Positions 24,945 to 33,466 are shown, counted from the first letter of the stretch. The stretch is 64,000 nucleotides of DNA from Actinomycetota bacterium (GCA_051005875.1 JBPCIX010000054.1:2825-66824); one strand, 5' to 3'. The notes: generated from the letters alone by a model not told the origin. A program made the numbers and translations.

Positions 24945-27214
24945 GTTAGTCGCCCCCCGTAAACCCGGTCAAGGACCGCCCCCCTAGGCGACTCCGCAGC
25001 TTCTTCCACCGGGATTTCACCTGTCGTCGTTGTTCCCATTCCGGGTGAGGAAACCACACCGAGATGTCCCCCCAGGGCCTCGATTCGGTCCGACATATTT
25101 TGCAGTCCGGAACTCTTCTGAGCGGTCGATGTGTCGAACCCCCGGCCGTCGTCCGAAATGACAAAGCGCAACGTTTGGCCTTCGATGTGCAAGCTGATCG
25201 ACGCTCCTGTCGCACCGGCATGTTTTGAAATATTTTGCAAAGCCTCAAGGCAGCAAAAGTAAACGGCTGCTTCGACTTCTTGGGAAAAGCGCCTTGGTTC
25301 ATTCGAAGTTACTTCCACCGGAATCGCCAGCTTCCGGGCCTGTGCGTTCAGCGCAACCTCCAACCCTTCTGCCGCCAACAAAGGCGGGTATATTCCGCGG
25401 GCCAAGTCGCGCAACGTTTGCAATGCATCGTCGGTATCGGCCGCAATTTGATCGAGGAGGGCCTTGTAGTCCGGCGCGTGGTCTTGAGCCTTTCGGGCGG
25501 CCATGGCGACTCTCAGTTTAAGTGCGACGAGTTGCTGCTGGGCACCATCGTGAAGATTTCGCTCGATGCGCCTTCTTTCCTCGTCTTGAGCGGTAACGAG
25601 ACGCTGCCGGGACGCGCTCAGTTCCTCCAGTCGGTCCATCAGCTCCGCGTTCAGCCGCACGTTTGAAAGCACCAGCCCCGCCTGTGAGGCAAGGTCTTCG
25701 AGCAACTTTTCCTCCGGAAGGGTAAGGGATTCGCCTTCGGGTTTGGTCACAGTTAGCGCGCCCAGAAGTTCTCCCTTGTGCCGAACCGCTACGGCTCGGT
25801 CACTTCCTTGCATCTCGGGCAAGTGTTCAGTTTCGATAATGAGTTCCCCAACCTCGCTTAAGTCTTCAGCCGGCCAGCTTGCCTCGAGTCGAAGCGCATT
25901 GCCCACCCTCAGCCACACCTCAACCCTGGAGGCGGCGGTGCCTTCGGCAAGCACCCGAGCCATCCGGACAAGAAGGTCGTCGGACGCGAAGGACTCGACC
26001 ATTCTCTCGGAGAATCTCGACAGCACCTCGTAAGGGGTCGCTCGCTTTCCGAAAACCACCCGGTTGGCGAAACGCTCGAGCCGTTCTTTAGCAGGTTCAA
26101 ATGCGAACGCAATAAACGCTGTCGCAACAATTGATAAGAGCAGGTTGTCGGCGCGCTCGTTCAATAGCGTTCCGACTCCGGCAACGATCGCAACATACAC
26201 CGCGGTTACGAACGCTACGAGGGTCCCGTACAGCAGTGTTCGGCTGATTACCCGGTCGATATTCCACAGCCGGTATCGAAGGAGTCCCACAAATAGTGCG
26301 ATCGGAACCAAGGAAAACACCGGCTGAAAGACTCTGAAAACCACCACCGGCAGTTCATGCAGATCGCGCCCCTCCAACCCAGGCGATAGGAACGACCTGA
26401 TGCCCTGCGTCAAGACGAAAAGCCCGACCAAGAATGCGGGCAACAGGGCGAAAAACAGCAGGCGCGATTGCTGCCTCTGCTCGGGTGTGGGCGACTGACG
26501 GTAACGATAGGCCTGAGCAAGGACCGCCGCCGCCGGAGTTACGAGCCCGAAAAACAAGATGAGATCGATTGGTCCCGGCTGGCTTCCGGCGCGCCCGAAA
26601 GAGGCCCAGGCTACAGCGAGCATTAAGGGCCCGTACAGCAGAGTTTGGCCCCACCGCGGCCATCGGGGCACCAGCCTTCCATCGGGGAAAAGAATCAAGG
26701 CGGCAATGTAGGCGGTGCCTGTCACAAGCTGGTGCAACGAAAACAACAGGATCTCAACCGAAGTTTTAGGCATCACCTCATAGACGCTCACCGCCTGGAG
26801 GTTCAACAAGGCGGCCGTGCCTATCATTCCGGTGGCAAGCAAGCGGGCGGGTTTCTCGTCGCAGCGAAGCCTGAGTAAAAAGAAGGCCAGCACTAAGTTA
26901 AAGGCGCTAAAAAGGTAGTCGAGAGCAAGTTGGCTAAGGGACTGGACCTTATGCGATGCATCGGCCACTCCTTCGGCCACCCTGGCAACTAAACCTGTCC
27001 CGAAGGCGAGTTCGTGAAGGCTCTGGTGAAACGAGGGCGTAGACTTTGCAGCCGCGGCTGCCGCCCCCAGGGCCAAAATGCCGGCGGAAGCCCCCGCGAA
27101 TATGACTATGAGGCCCAGCACGACAAAGTCGGGCCGCGATCTGCGAGTTTTGGCCACGCCCTTAGAGACGACCTCGGCTTTCCGAATCACCGGGCCGCCA
27201 GGGGTACTGGCCAC
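24941..27214 (-). CDS. sensor histidine kinase (about 9-10 TM N-terminal module, GAF-like domain, HisKA_3 + HATPase)
   Basis: 757 aa. The H-box is ERRRIERNLHDGAQQQLVAL (NarX/DesK type). The ATPase region has CLEALQNISKHA, DDGRGF and GLQNMSDRIEALGG. Confidence 0.85.
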   Translation of the reverse strand: MASTPGGPVIRKAEVVSKGVAKTRRSRPDFVVLGLIVIFAGASAGILALGAAAAAAKSTPSFHQSLHELAFGTGLVARVAEGVADASHKVQSLSQLALDYLFSAFNLVLAFFLLRLRCDEKPARLLATGMIGTAALLNLQAVSVYEVMPKTSVEILLFSLHQLVTGTAYIAALILFPDGRLVPRWPRWGQTLLYGPLMLAVAWASFGRAGSQPGPIDLILFFGLVTPAAAVLAQAYRYRQSPTPEQRQQSRLLFFALLPAFLVGLFVLTQGIRSFLSPGLEGRDLHELPVVVFRVFQPVFSLVPIALFVGLLRYRLWNIDRVISRTLLYGTLVAFVTAVYVAIVAGVGTLLNERADNLLLSIVATAFIAFAFEPAKERLERFANRVVFGKRATPYEVLSRFSERMVESFASDDLLVRMARVLAEGTAASRVEVWLRVGNALRLEASWPAEDLSEVGELIIETEHLPEMQGSDRAVAVRHKGELLGALTVTKPEGESLTLPEEKLLEDLASQAGLVLSNVRLNAELMDRLEELSASRQRLVTAQDEERRRIERNLHDGAQQQLVALKLRVAMAARKAQDHAPDYKALLDQIAADTDDALQTLRDLARGIYPPLLAAEGLEVALNAQARKLAIPVEVTSNEPRRFSQEVEAAVYFCCLEALQNISKHAGATGASISLHIEGQTLRFVISDDGRGFDTSTAQKSSGLQNMSDRIEALGGHLGVVSSPGMGTTTTGEIPVEEAAESPRGAVLDRVYGGRLT

Positions 27215-27218
27215 GAAA

Positions 27219-28445
27219 TTACTTAACTACGATCGTCCCGACCATCGCCGGGTGGATCACGCACGCATAGTTATATTTTCCGGGTTTACCGATCCGCACT
27301 GAATAGGTTGCGTCGCCTTCGCCGTGGAAAAGACCAGATGAGAAGTACCCATTGCCGTCCCAGGTCCCTCCGTCGATCTCCAATGGTTTCGGCGGGGGTG
27401 CTCCCTCGGCCGGGGGCCCGTCGGGCTCTTCGGGCAATGGCGGAGAGCCTCCCGCCGGTTCCTCGATCTTGGGATTAATCGAAACTTGCCCATCGCGCTT
27501 AACCGAATAAATAGGGAAATAGGGAGGAACATCGAAGCTCACCGAATGTCTACCGTCAAAGGTCCAGGTGACCGTCTCGCCAACCTCAGCCTCAATTGCT
27601 TTTGGCAGGAAGGCGTTGGCGCCCCCAAAGACCACCTGCTCTCCCGGGTAGACCCCGGCAATATTCCCCGTTATGGTCCGGCCGTCCTTGTCCACCTTGC
27701 CCTTTGAATTGTACGTAGAGACCACACTTTTGATCGGCTTCATTTGCTTATCGATTAGCTCGATCGCCTGCCTGTTCACAACAGCTTGCGAGGGTATTGA
27801 GGCGCCCTTCGGCTTGACGGTAACTTTGCCGGACATCGCGGGCCCGTGCAGATTGCAATAGTAAAAATAGCTTCCCGGCTTCGTGTCGCCGGCGAACTTC
27901 ACTTTGAATTCGTTCTTGCCGACCCCTTCGTAGGGAATGAAGCCGCTATTGAAGAAGCTTTGGCGCCCGTTGAATTCGGGCTTCTTGGTCTTGGGGCAGG
28001 TCTGATCGGCTTCAGTCGGCGGATTTCCTGAGTTCAGATAACAAGGTTGAGCGGCATTTTGGGCGACCCCGCCTTGACCGAAGAAAAATGGAAGGGCTTT
28101 CATTTCCGGGCTTTCGTCAACTGCGGCGTATTCCTCTTCCTTTACTTCGTCGCCTTTGCGGAGCCGTTCGACCAAGGGGCTTGCCAGCGCCATCATTTTG
28201 TCGACCAACGTTCCCATGGTTACGGTATGGGCGTCGCCGGTCCAGTCCTGCTGGAAAGAAACCGTATCGCCCTGCCTGACGGTGAGGGCGCGGGGGAAGT
28301 ATTCGAAGATCGCGGTTGGGAACTCATCGTGGAGGTAGTCGACCCTTACCGTACGGGTCTGGGGGCCGCTTTCATTTGAAGAGCACGACGCCAACAGCAA
28401 AACCAGGATCGCCCCAACAGCAGTCTTGCGGTTCACGGAACGCAC
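27219..28445 (-). CDS. lipoprotein with two cupredoxin (type-1 blue copper) domains
   Basis: Signal peptide plus lipobox (LLLASC). Two ligand sets are present: DAHTV...YYCNLHGPAMSG and GRHSVSF...YACVIHPAMVG (His, Cys, His, Met). A 4-nt gap separates it from the kinase start. Confidence 0.72.
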   Translation of the reverse strand: MRSVNRKTAVGAILVLLLASCSSNESGPQTRTVRVDYLHDEFPTAIFEYFPRALTVRQGDTVSFQQDWTGDAHTVTMGTLVDKMMALASPLVERLRKGDEVKEEEYAAVDESPEMKALPFFFGQGGVAQNAAQPCYLNSGNPPTEADQTCPKTKKPEFNGRQSFFNSGFIPYEGVGKNEFKVKFAGDTKPGSYFYYCNLHGPAMSGKVTVKPKGASIPSQAVVNRQAIELIDKQMKPIKSVVSTYNSKGKVDKDGRTITGNIAGVYPGEQVVFGGANAFLPKAIEAEVGETVTWTFDGRHSVSFDVPPYFPIYSVKRDGQVSINPKIEEPAGGSPPLPEEPDGPPAEGAPPPKPLEIDGGTWDGNGYFSSGLFHGEGDATYSVRIGKPGKYNYACVIHPAMVGTIVVK

Positions 28446-28480
28446 TTGGTCACTCTACAAGAATCTTTTCGTTCAACGGT

Positions 28481-29476
28481 CTATTTTGCGGGATATTCCA
28501 GCTGGTGCCCGAGCGCAACCTCAGCCAGCGAATCGATTGCGACGCGATCGGGGGGCACGACCGCCACCTTGCAGGCTGTGAGGGCCCTGAGCGTCGAGGT
28601 GCGTGTGCCCTTTTCCAAAAGCGCTCTCTCGCCGACCAGAACCCCCGGTCCGAGCGAGGCCAGTACCTCGCCGTTGACCTCAACTTCGAGGACCCCGTCG
28701 AGTAACAGGAACATTTCTTTGCCTGCGCTGCCTTGCTCTACCAGGTTTGCGCCCTTGGACACCCTTCGTATTTCGGGGGCAGGCCCCGAGCTCATAATGG
28801 CGCTTGAGAGTTGGCGCTCCAATGCACTCTCGGCCTGAACAACGAAAGCGGCCGAATCCTGATCGCCCCACGGAGTGTTTTCGCCGAAAGCATCGTTCAT
28901 CCACGTCTTTAGATCAACCAGACCGGACTTGGCCGAGAGCCTTCCCGACGAATCGTAGATCCAATGGCGGGGAAAGCAGCTGTGCCCTAAAACCTCGTAG
29001 CTGGACTCGCCGTTGGCCTTGATTGTTAATGAAAGCGTGGTCCAGGCTAAAGGCGGGCTCAGTTGAAAGAAAGGCTTTCTCTGCACAGGCCGGGGGGCCG
29101 GCAGTCCGGTTTTGCCCCCTGCGGTTTGCGTGAATTTGACCCAGCCCTCACCTACGACCGGCGTCGGCTGTATGTCGGGCATCGGCACGGCCGGGACCGT
29201 CATTTGCCGGCTGCCCAGCTTGATGGTGGTCGCGCCGATGTGCCCCCTGCCAGCGTGCCCAAAGTTTGTGATTTTGCCGTCTTCAACCTCGACCCATGCG
29301 CGGAGCTCATTGGCGAAACGAAACCGGTCGGCCTGCCGCAGAGCCTCGATATCCTCCACAGCCTCGGGCGGGGGCTCGTCGTAATGAAGGGCCGTCCCGA
29401 ATGCATGCTTCGCCATCCCCTCAATCGACTCGGACGGAATCCAAGAAAGCGACGTGACCGACGATTCAATGCGCAA
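28481..29476 (-). CDS. cyclic-nucleotide-binding-domain protein with an uncharacterised N-terminal domain of about 230 aa
   Basis: The C-terminal CAP_ED-like region reads VSKGANLVEQGSAGKEMFLLLDGVLEVEVNGEVLASLGPGVLVGERALLEKGTRTSTLRA, with a phosphate-binding-cassette Arg. The N-terminal part has no motif I recognise. Confidence 0.78.
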   Translation of the reverse strand: MRIESSVTSLSWIPSESIEGMAKHAFGTALHYDEPPPEAVEDIEALRQADRFRFANELRAWVEVEDGKITNFGHAGRGHIGATTIKLGSRQMTVPAVPMPDIQPTPVVGEGWVKFTQTAGGKTGLPAPRPVQRKPFFQLSPPLAWTTLSLTIKANGESSYEVLGHSCFPRHWIYDSSGRLSAKSGLVDLKTWMNDAFGENTPWGDQDSAAFVVQAESALERQLSSAIMSSGPAPEIRRVSKGANLVEQGSAGKEMFLLLDGVLEVEVNGEVLASLGPGVLVGERALLEKGTRTSTLRALTACKVAVVPPDRVAIDSLAEVALGHQLEYPAK

Positions 29477-29579
29477 GAACGTTCCCCCCAGGGTCGGCGG
29501 ACTATGTTCGGCATTGTACTCGGTGATCGCTTGGAACGGAAGCTCCGGGCGTCCCTTTGCCCGATGCTTGACTTTGTGG

Positions 29580-29619
29580 CGATATAACGGTTAGATATAT
29601 CGGTGCGATATATCGGTGC
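29580..29619. promoter_or_regulatory. three phased AT-rich palindromes (CGATATATCG-like), including a 13-bp tandem direct repeat
   Basis: CGATATAACG at 29580, AGATATATCG at 29593 and CGATATATCG at 29606, a 13-bp phasing. GATATATCGGTGC is repeated in tandem at 29594..29619 and flanked by GGTTAGA at 29589 and 29623. They lie in the divergent region between the cNMP-protein gene and padR. Confidence 0.4.
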
Positions 29620-29651
29620 GATGGTTAGAGGCGTGAAACTGTGCTTAAACT

Positions 29652-30203
29652 GTGATTGAGATGGCCGTATTGGGGGTTCTCAAGGATCGCGCCATGCACG
29701 GCTACGAGCTGAAGAAAGAGCTGAGCGCCCAGTTGGGGCAGTTCTGGCAATTTTCTTACGGGAGCCTTTACCCCACAATCAAGCGTCTCGAAAAATCCGG
29801 CGCGGTCGAGCGTGTTTATGACAAGCAGAACGTCAAGAGACGCCTGAACATCTATCGCATCACCCCCGTAGGCGAAAAGCTGTTCGATGGAATGATCGCC
29901 GAGCACTCCGAAGTCGACGACGCCCGGTTCTCGATCAAGATGGCCTTTTTTCGCTACATGGAATCCAATGAGCGCGTGGAGCTTCTGGAGCGAAGGCGGG
30001 CCTACCTCACCGACAAACTCATAGATCTTCGAGCCAAGCTCAGGGCTTACAAAGAGCGACTCGACGCGTACACATATCGTCTGATGGAACATGGCGTTGA
30101 TACAACCAGCGCCGATCTTGAATGGGTAGACCGCCTAATCGCGGAAGAAAAGTCTGAAACTCCCGGCCCGGCGGGCACCGTGCCCGGTCCGGCCGGCGGC
30201 TAA
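29652..30203 (+). CDS. PadR-family transcriptional regulator
   Basis: MAVLGVLKDRAMHGYELKKEL...SYGSLYPTIKRLEKSGAV. The start is either the GTG at 29652 or the ATG at 29661. It lies upstream of ino1, as with mycobacterial Rv0047c-Rv0046c. Confidence 0.85.
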   Translation: MIEMAVLGVLKDRAMHGYELKKELSAQLGQFWQFSYGSLYPTIKRLEKSGAVERVYDKQNVKRRLNIYRITPVGEKLFDGMIAEHSEVDDARFSIKMAFFRYMESNERVELLERRRAYLTDKLIDLRAKLRAYKERLDAYTYRLMEHGVDTTSADLEWVDRLIAEEKSETPGPAGTVPGPAGG

Positions 30204-30233
30204 ACCAAGGGGCAACTGAAAGGAATTCGCCAA

Positions 30234-31358
30234 ATGGCAAAAAAGATTCGTGTAGGAATAATCGGCGCAGGCAATTGCGCCTCAGCACTGGTTCAGGGGA
30301 CCGAGTTCTACCGCAACGCCCAGCAGGGCGACGATGTGCCGGGCCTGATGCATGTGAAAGTCGGGGACTATCACATCTCGGACATTGAATTTTCATGCGC
30401 GTTCGATGTCGACGCCAACAAAGTAGGTGTCGATCTGTCGAAGGCAATCCAGATTCAACCCAACAACACGCTCCAGTTCGCGGAGGTAAGCAACCTAAGC
30501 GTCACCGTCGAACGGGGGCCCACGTTGGACGGCCTCGGCGACTTTTACCGCGAGCAGATAACCGAATCCCCCGCGGCGCCGGTTGACGTCAGCCAGGTTC
30601 TGAAGGACACAAACACTCAGGTTCTCGTCAACTACTTGCCCGTCGGCAGTGAAAAGGCGGCGAAGTTTTATGCGGAACAGGCCCTCGACGCGGGAGTTGC
30701 CTTCGTAAACTGCATGCCCGTGTTTATTGCGTCGCACCCGGCTTGGGCCGACAAATTCACCGAGCGGGGAGTGCCGATCATCGGCGACGACATCAAAAGT
30801 CAGGTCGGCGCCACAATAATCCACCGAATTTTGGCAAAGCTTTTCGAAGACCGCGGCGTGCGCCTGGATCACACCTACCAGCTCAATTTCGGTGGCAACA
30901 TGGACTTTATGAACATGCTGCAACGCGACCGGCTTGTTTCGAAAAAGATATCGAAGACCCAGGCGGTCACATCGCAACTTCGCGGAACCATCGATGCAGA
31001 AGATGTCCACATTGGTCCCTCCGACCATGTTCCGTGGCTAAACGACCGGAAGTGGGCGCACATTAGGCTCGAGGGCCGTGAGTTCGGCGAGGCGCCGATC
31101 TCGGTCGATTTGAAACTTGAGGTTTGGGATTCGCCGAACTCGGCGGGGATAGTCATCGACGCAATCCGGTGCTGCAGGCTGGCATTGGACGCCGGCGCCG
31201 GCGGCCCTTTGCTCGGCCCCAGCGCCTACTTTATGAAGTCTCCCCCGGTGCAGTACTCCGATGAAGTAGGCCGTCAAATGGTCGAGGAATTCATCCATTC
31301 TTCCACGCTGGGATCAGTCGAAGACAGCAGGGAGTTAAAAGTTAACGTCGCACGCTAA
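30234..31358 (+). CDS. ino1: inositol-3-phosphate synthase
   Basis: 374 aa. Reads [22 protein letters not shown]...[15 protein letters not shown]...NFGGNMDF. Confidence 0.92.
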   Translation: MAKKIRVGIIGAGNCASALVQGTEFYRNAQQGDDVPGLMHVKVGDYHISDIEFSCAFDVDANKVGVDLSKAIQIQPNNTLQFAEVSNLSVTVERGPTLDGLGDFYREQITESPAAPVDVSQVLKDTNTQVLVNYLPVGSEKAAKFYAEQALDAGVAFVNCMPVFIASHPAWADKFTERGVPIIGDDIKSQVGATIIHRILAKLFEDRGVRLDHTYQLNFGGNMDFMNMLQRDRLVSKKISKTQAVTSQLRGTIDAEDVHIGPSDHVPWLNDRKWAHIRLEGREFGEAPISVDLKLEVWDSPNSAGIVIDAIRCCRLALDAGAGGPLLGPSAYFMKSPPVQYSDEVGRQMVEEFIHSSTLGSVEDSRELKVNVAR

Positions 31359-31366
31359 TACATGTG

Positions 31367-31387
31367 ATACATGCACATTGCATGTAT
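31367..31387. promoter_or_regulatory. perfect 9-bp inverted repeat ATACATGCA-cat-TGCATGTAT upstream of the antitoxin gene
   Basis: Seen directly in the sequence. It ends 10 nt before the vapB-like ATG at 31398 and is preceded by an ACATGT palindrome (31360..31365). Candidate antitoxin operator, or a terminator for ino1. Confidence 0.45.
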
Positions 31388-31397
31388 GATTTGAAGT

Positions 31398-31631
31398 ATG
31401 AGTAAAAGTGTCCAGATTCGTGACGTCCCCAACGATCTTCATCTCAAATTGAAAACACGGGCGGCGGGAGAAGGAAAATCACTTTCGGACTACCTGCTTG
31501 GCGAACTCGCCAAGATGGCGGCACGACCATCTATTAAGGAAGTACTCGACCGCGCGAGCCGGCGGCCGGGGCCCAAAGTGGGAACAGCCTCCATCGTCGC
31601 GGCCGTGCGCGCGGGGCGAAACGAGAACTGA
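31398..31631 (+). CDS. ribbon-helix-helix antitoxin (FitA/VapB-like)
   Basis: 77 aa. MSKSVQIRDVPNDLHLKLKTRAAGEGKSLSDYLLGELAKMA is an RHH signature. The gene overlaps the downstream PIN gene. Confidence 0.7.
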   Translation: MSKSVQIRDVPNDLHLKLKTRAAGEGKSLSDYLLGELAKMAARPSIKEVLDRASRRPGPKVGTASIVAAVRAGRNEN

Positions 31632-32041
31632 GCGGCATCGTAGTAGACGCCTCTGCCGTACTCGAAGCGTTAATCGAACCCGCGCCTCAAGCGCTGCTCG
31701 ACCGGCTGGCGGGCGAAACCGAATGGAGCGCTCCCTATCTTATCGATGTGGAATTTCTTAACTCCCTGCGCCGTCTTGTTCTTGCCGGTCTGGTCAGCGA
31801 AGAAAGGGCCGCTTACGCTCGGTCCGATTTCGCAGATTTAACAATAGAGCGGTTTCCTCACGAGCCTTTCGCCGAGCGCATCTGGGAATTGCGCCACAAC
31901 CTCAGTGCATACGACGCCGTTTATGTTGCGCTAAGTGAGAAGGTTGAAGTCCCGCTGATCACCTGCCACGCAGGCCTGGCCGAGGCCCCGGGCGTGGAAA
32001 CAACCATCGAACTCTTCGAAACGCTAGAAAAATCGCCTTGA
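31628..32041 (+). CDS. PIN-domain toxin (VapC-like); N-terminus reachable only from CTG
   Basis: The ORF track starts at the GTG at 31748. The in-frame upstream sequence encodes SGIVVDASAVLEALIEP, the PIN N-terminal strand with the catalytic Asp. No ATG, GTG or TTG is available upstream. The CTG at 31628 overlaps the antitoxin TGA (CTGA). The protein also contains SAYDAVYVALSE. Confidence 0.65.
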   Translation: MSGIVVDASAVLEALIEPAPQALLDRLAGETEWSAPYLIDVEFLNSLRRLVLAGLVSEERAAYARSDFADLTIERFPHEPFAERIWELRHNLSAYDAVYVALSEKVEVPLITCHAGLAEAPGVETTIELFETLEKSP

Positions 32042-32065
32042 GGTACGGCCGATATACCGTTCGCT

Positions 32066-33466
32066 CTAACACTTTGGTATAGGCCGGTTCTCCTCGTACC
32101 ATTCGTCGAGGCGTTTAACGGCGGTCTCGCGGTTCAGCTCGCCCTCATCGAGCCTTAACTCCATCAAGAATTTCAGAGCTTCACCAACCACCCTTCCGGG
32201 GCCCACCTTCAGGTGCTCCATGATGTCGTTGCCGTCAAGGGCCGGGCGCAAACGCAATAGCTCCTCTTTCGCGGCCAATTCGCTGATTCGCTCTTCCAGC
32301 TCGTCCATCCTGTGGCCGAGCTTGCGGGCCCTTTCAACATTGCGGGTTGTGCAATCGGCCCGGACCAGGGTGTTTAACTTGCCGAGCAACGCCCCGGCAT
32401 CTCTAACGTATCGCCTGATGGCTTTGTCGGTCCAGCCCAGCCGGTAGGTGTGAAATCTGAGGTGCAAGTAGACAAGCTCCCGTACTTCCTCAATAAGCCG
32501 GGCCGGATATCTCAGCTCCCGAAGCCTCGCCTCGGTCATATTCGCGCCCACTACTTCGTGGTGATGGAAGCTAACCCCCTTGGGGCCGATCTGTCTTGTT
32601 TTCGGCTTGCCCACATCGTGCAGCAAGGCCGCTAGTCTTAGGGCAAGGTCCGGCTCGGCGGCGTCGGCCACAGTAACTTTTTCGAGCACTGCAAGGGTGT
32701 GGCCAAAAACGTCTTTGTGGCGATGGATAGGGTCCTGTTCGAGGCGAAGCGCCGGTAGCTCCGGCAAGAACTCGCCTGCCAGCCCGGTTTCAGCGGCCAA
32801 CGCCAATGCGGCGCCGGGCGAGCGTCCGAGCATCAACTTGCTAAGCTCATCGCGGATCCTCTCGCGAGAGACTATTTGCAGCCGGCCATGCATCTGGCCA
32901 ATTGCCCCCAGGAGTTCTTCATCAACTTCAAAATCGAGCGTCGAGGCAAACCTTAAGGCTCTGAGCATCCGCAGTGGATCGTCTGAGAAAGCAATCTCCG
33001 GGCCGAGAGGGGTTCGAATAAGGCGCGTCGCTAAGTCTTTTGCGCCTCCGAACGGATCTATCACGACGGCGTCGGGAAGTTCCATCGCCATGGCGTTGAT
33101 GGTGAAGTCCCGCCTGGACAAGTCTGTTTCAAGATCATCGGCAAATGTGACCACGGGATTGCGTGAATCCTCGCGATAGACCTCGCTTCGAAAAGTCGTC
33201 ACCTCGATTCGGGCGCCGTCTTTGTGGGATCCTACGGTTCCAAACTCGATACCGGTCGTCCAGGGCTCGGCGCGGCCCCACTTGGCCAATATCTCCAGCG
33301 AGGCGTCGGGTTTGGCGTCGGTGGCAAAGTCGAGGTCATCGTGGGTGTCGCCGAGCAGGGCATCACGAACCCAACCGCCGACCAGCAGCAGCCGGTGGCC
33401 CCGCGCCTGGAAGGCCTTGGCCAGAGACTTTGCCGTTAAAGGCACGTCCAACTTTAGTTCGGTCAC
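32066..33466 (-). CDS. cca: CCA tRNA nucleotidyltransferase (PcnA-type, with HD domain)
   Basis: 466 aa. Contains LLLVGGWVRDALLG, DLDFAT, RRDFTINAMA and an HD region FHHHEVVG...LHDVGK. Confidence 0.9.
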   Translation of the reverse strand: MTELKLDVPLTAKSLAKAFQARGHRLLLVGGWVRDALLGDTHDDLDFATDAKPDASLEILAKWGRAEPWTTGIEFGTVGSHKDGARIEVTTFRSEVYREDSRNPVVTFADDLETDLSRRDFTINAMAMELPDAVVIDPFGGAKDLATRLIRTPLGPEIAFSDDPLRMLRALRFASTLDFEVDEELLGAIGQMHGRLQIVSRERIRDELSKLMLGRSPGAALALAAETGLAGEFLPELPALRLEQDPIHRHKDVFGHTLAVLEKVTVADAAEPDLALRLAALLHDVGKPKTRQIGPKGVSFHHHEVVGANMTEARLRELRYPARLIEEVRELVYLHLRFHTYRLGWTDKAIRRYVRDAGALLGKLNTLVRADCTTRNVERARKLGHRMDELEERISELAAKEELLRLRPALDGNDIMEHLKVGPGRVVGEALKFLMELRLDEGELNRETAVKRLDEWYEENRPIPKC

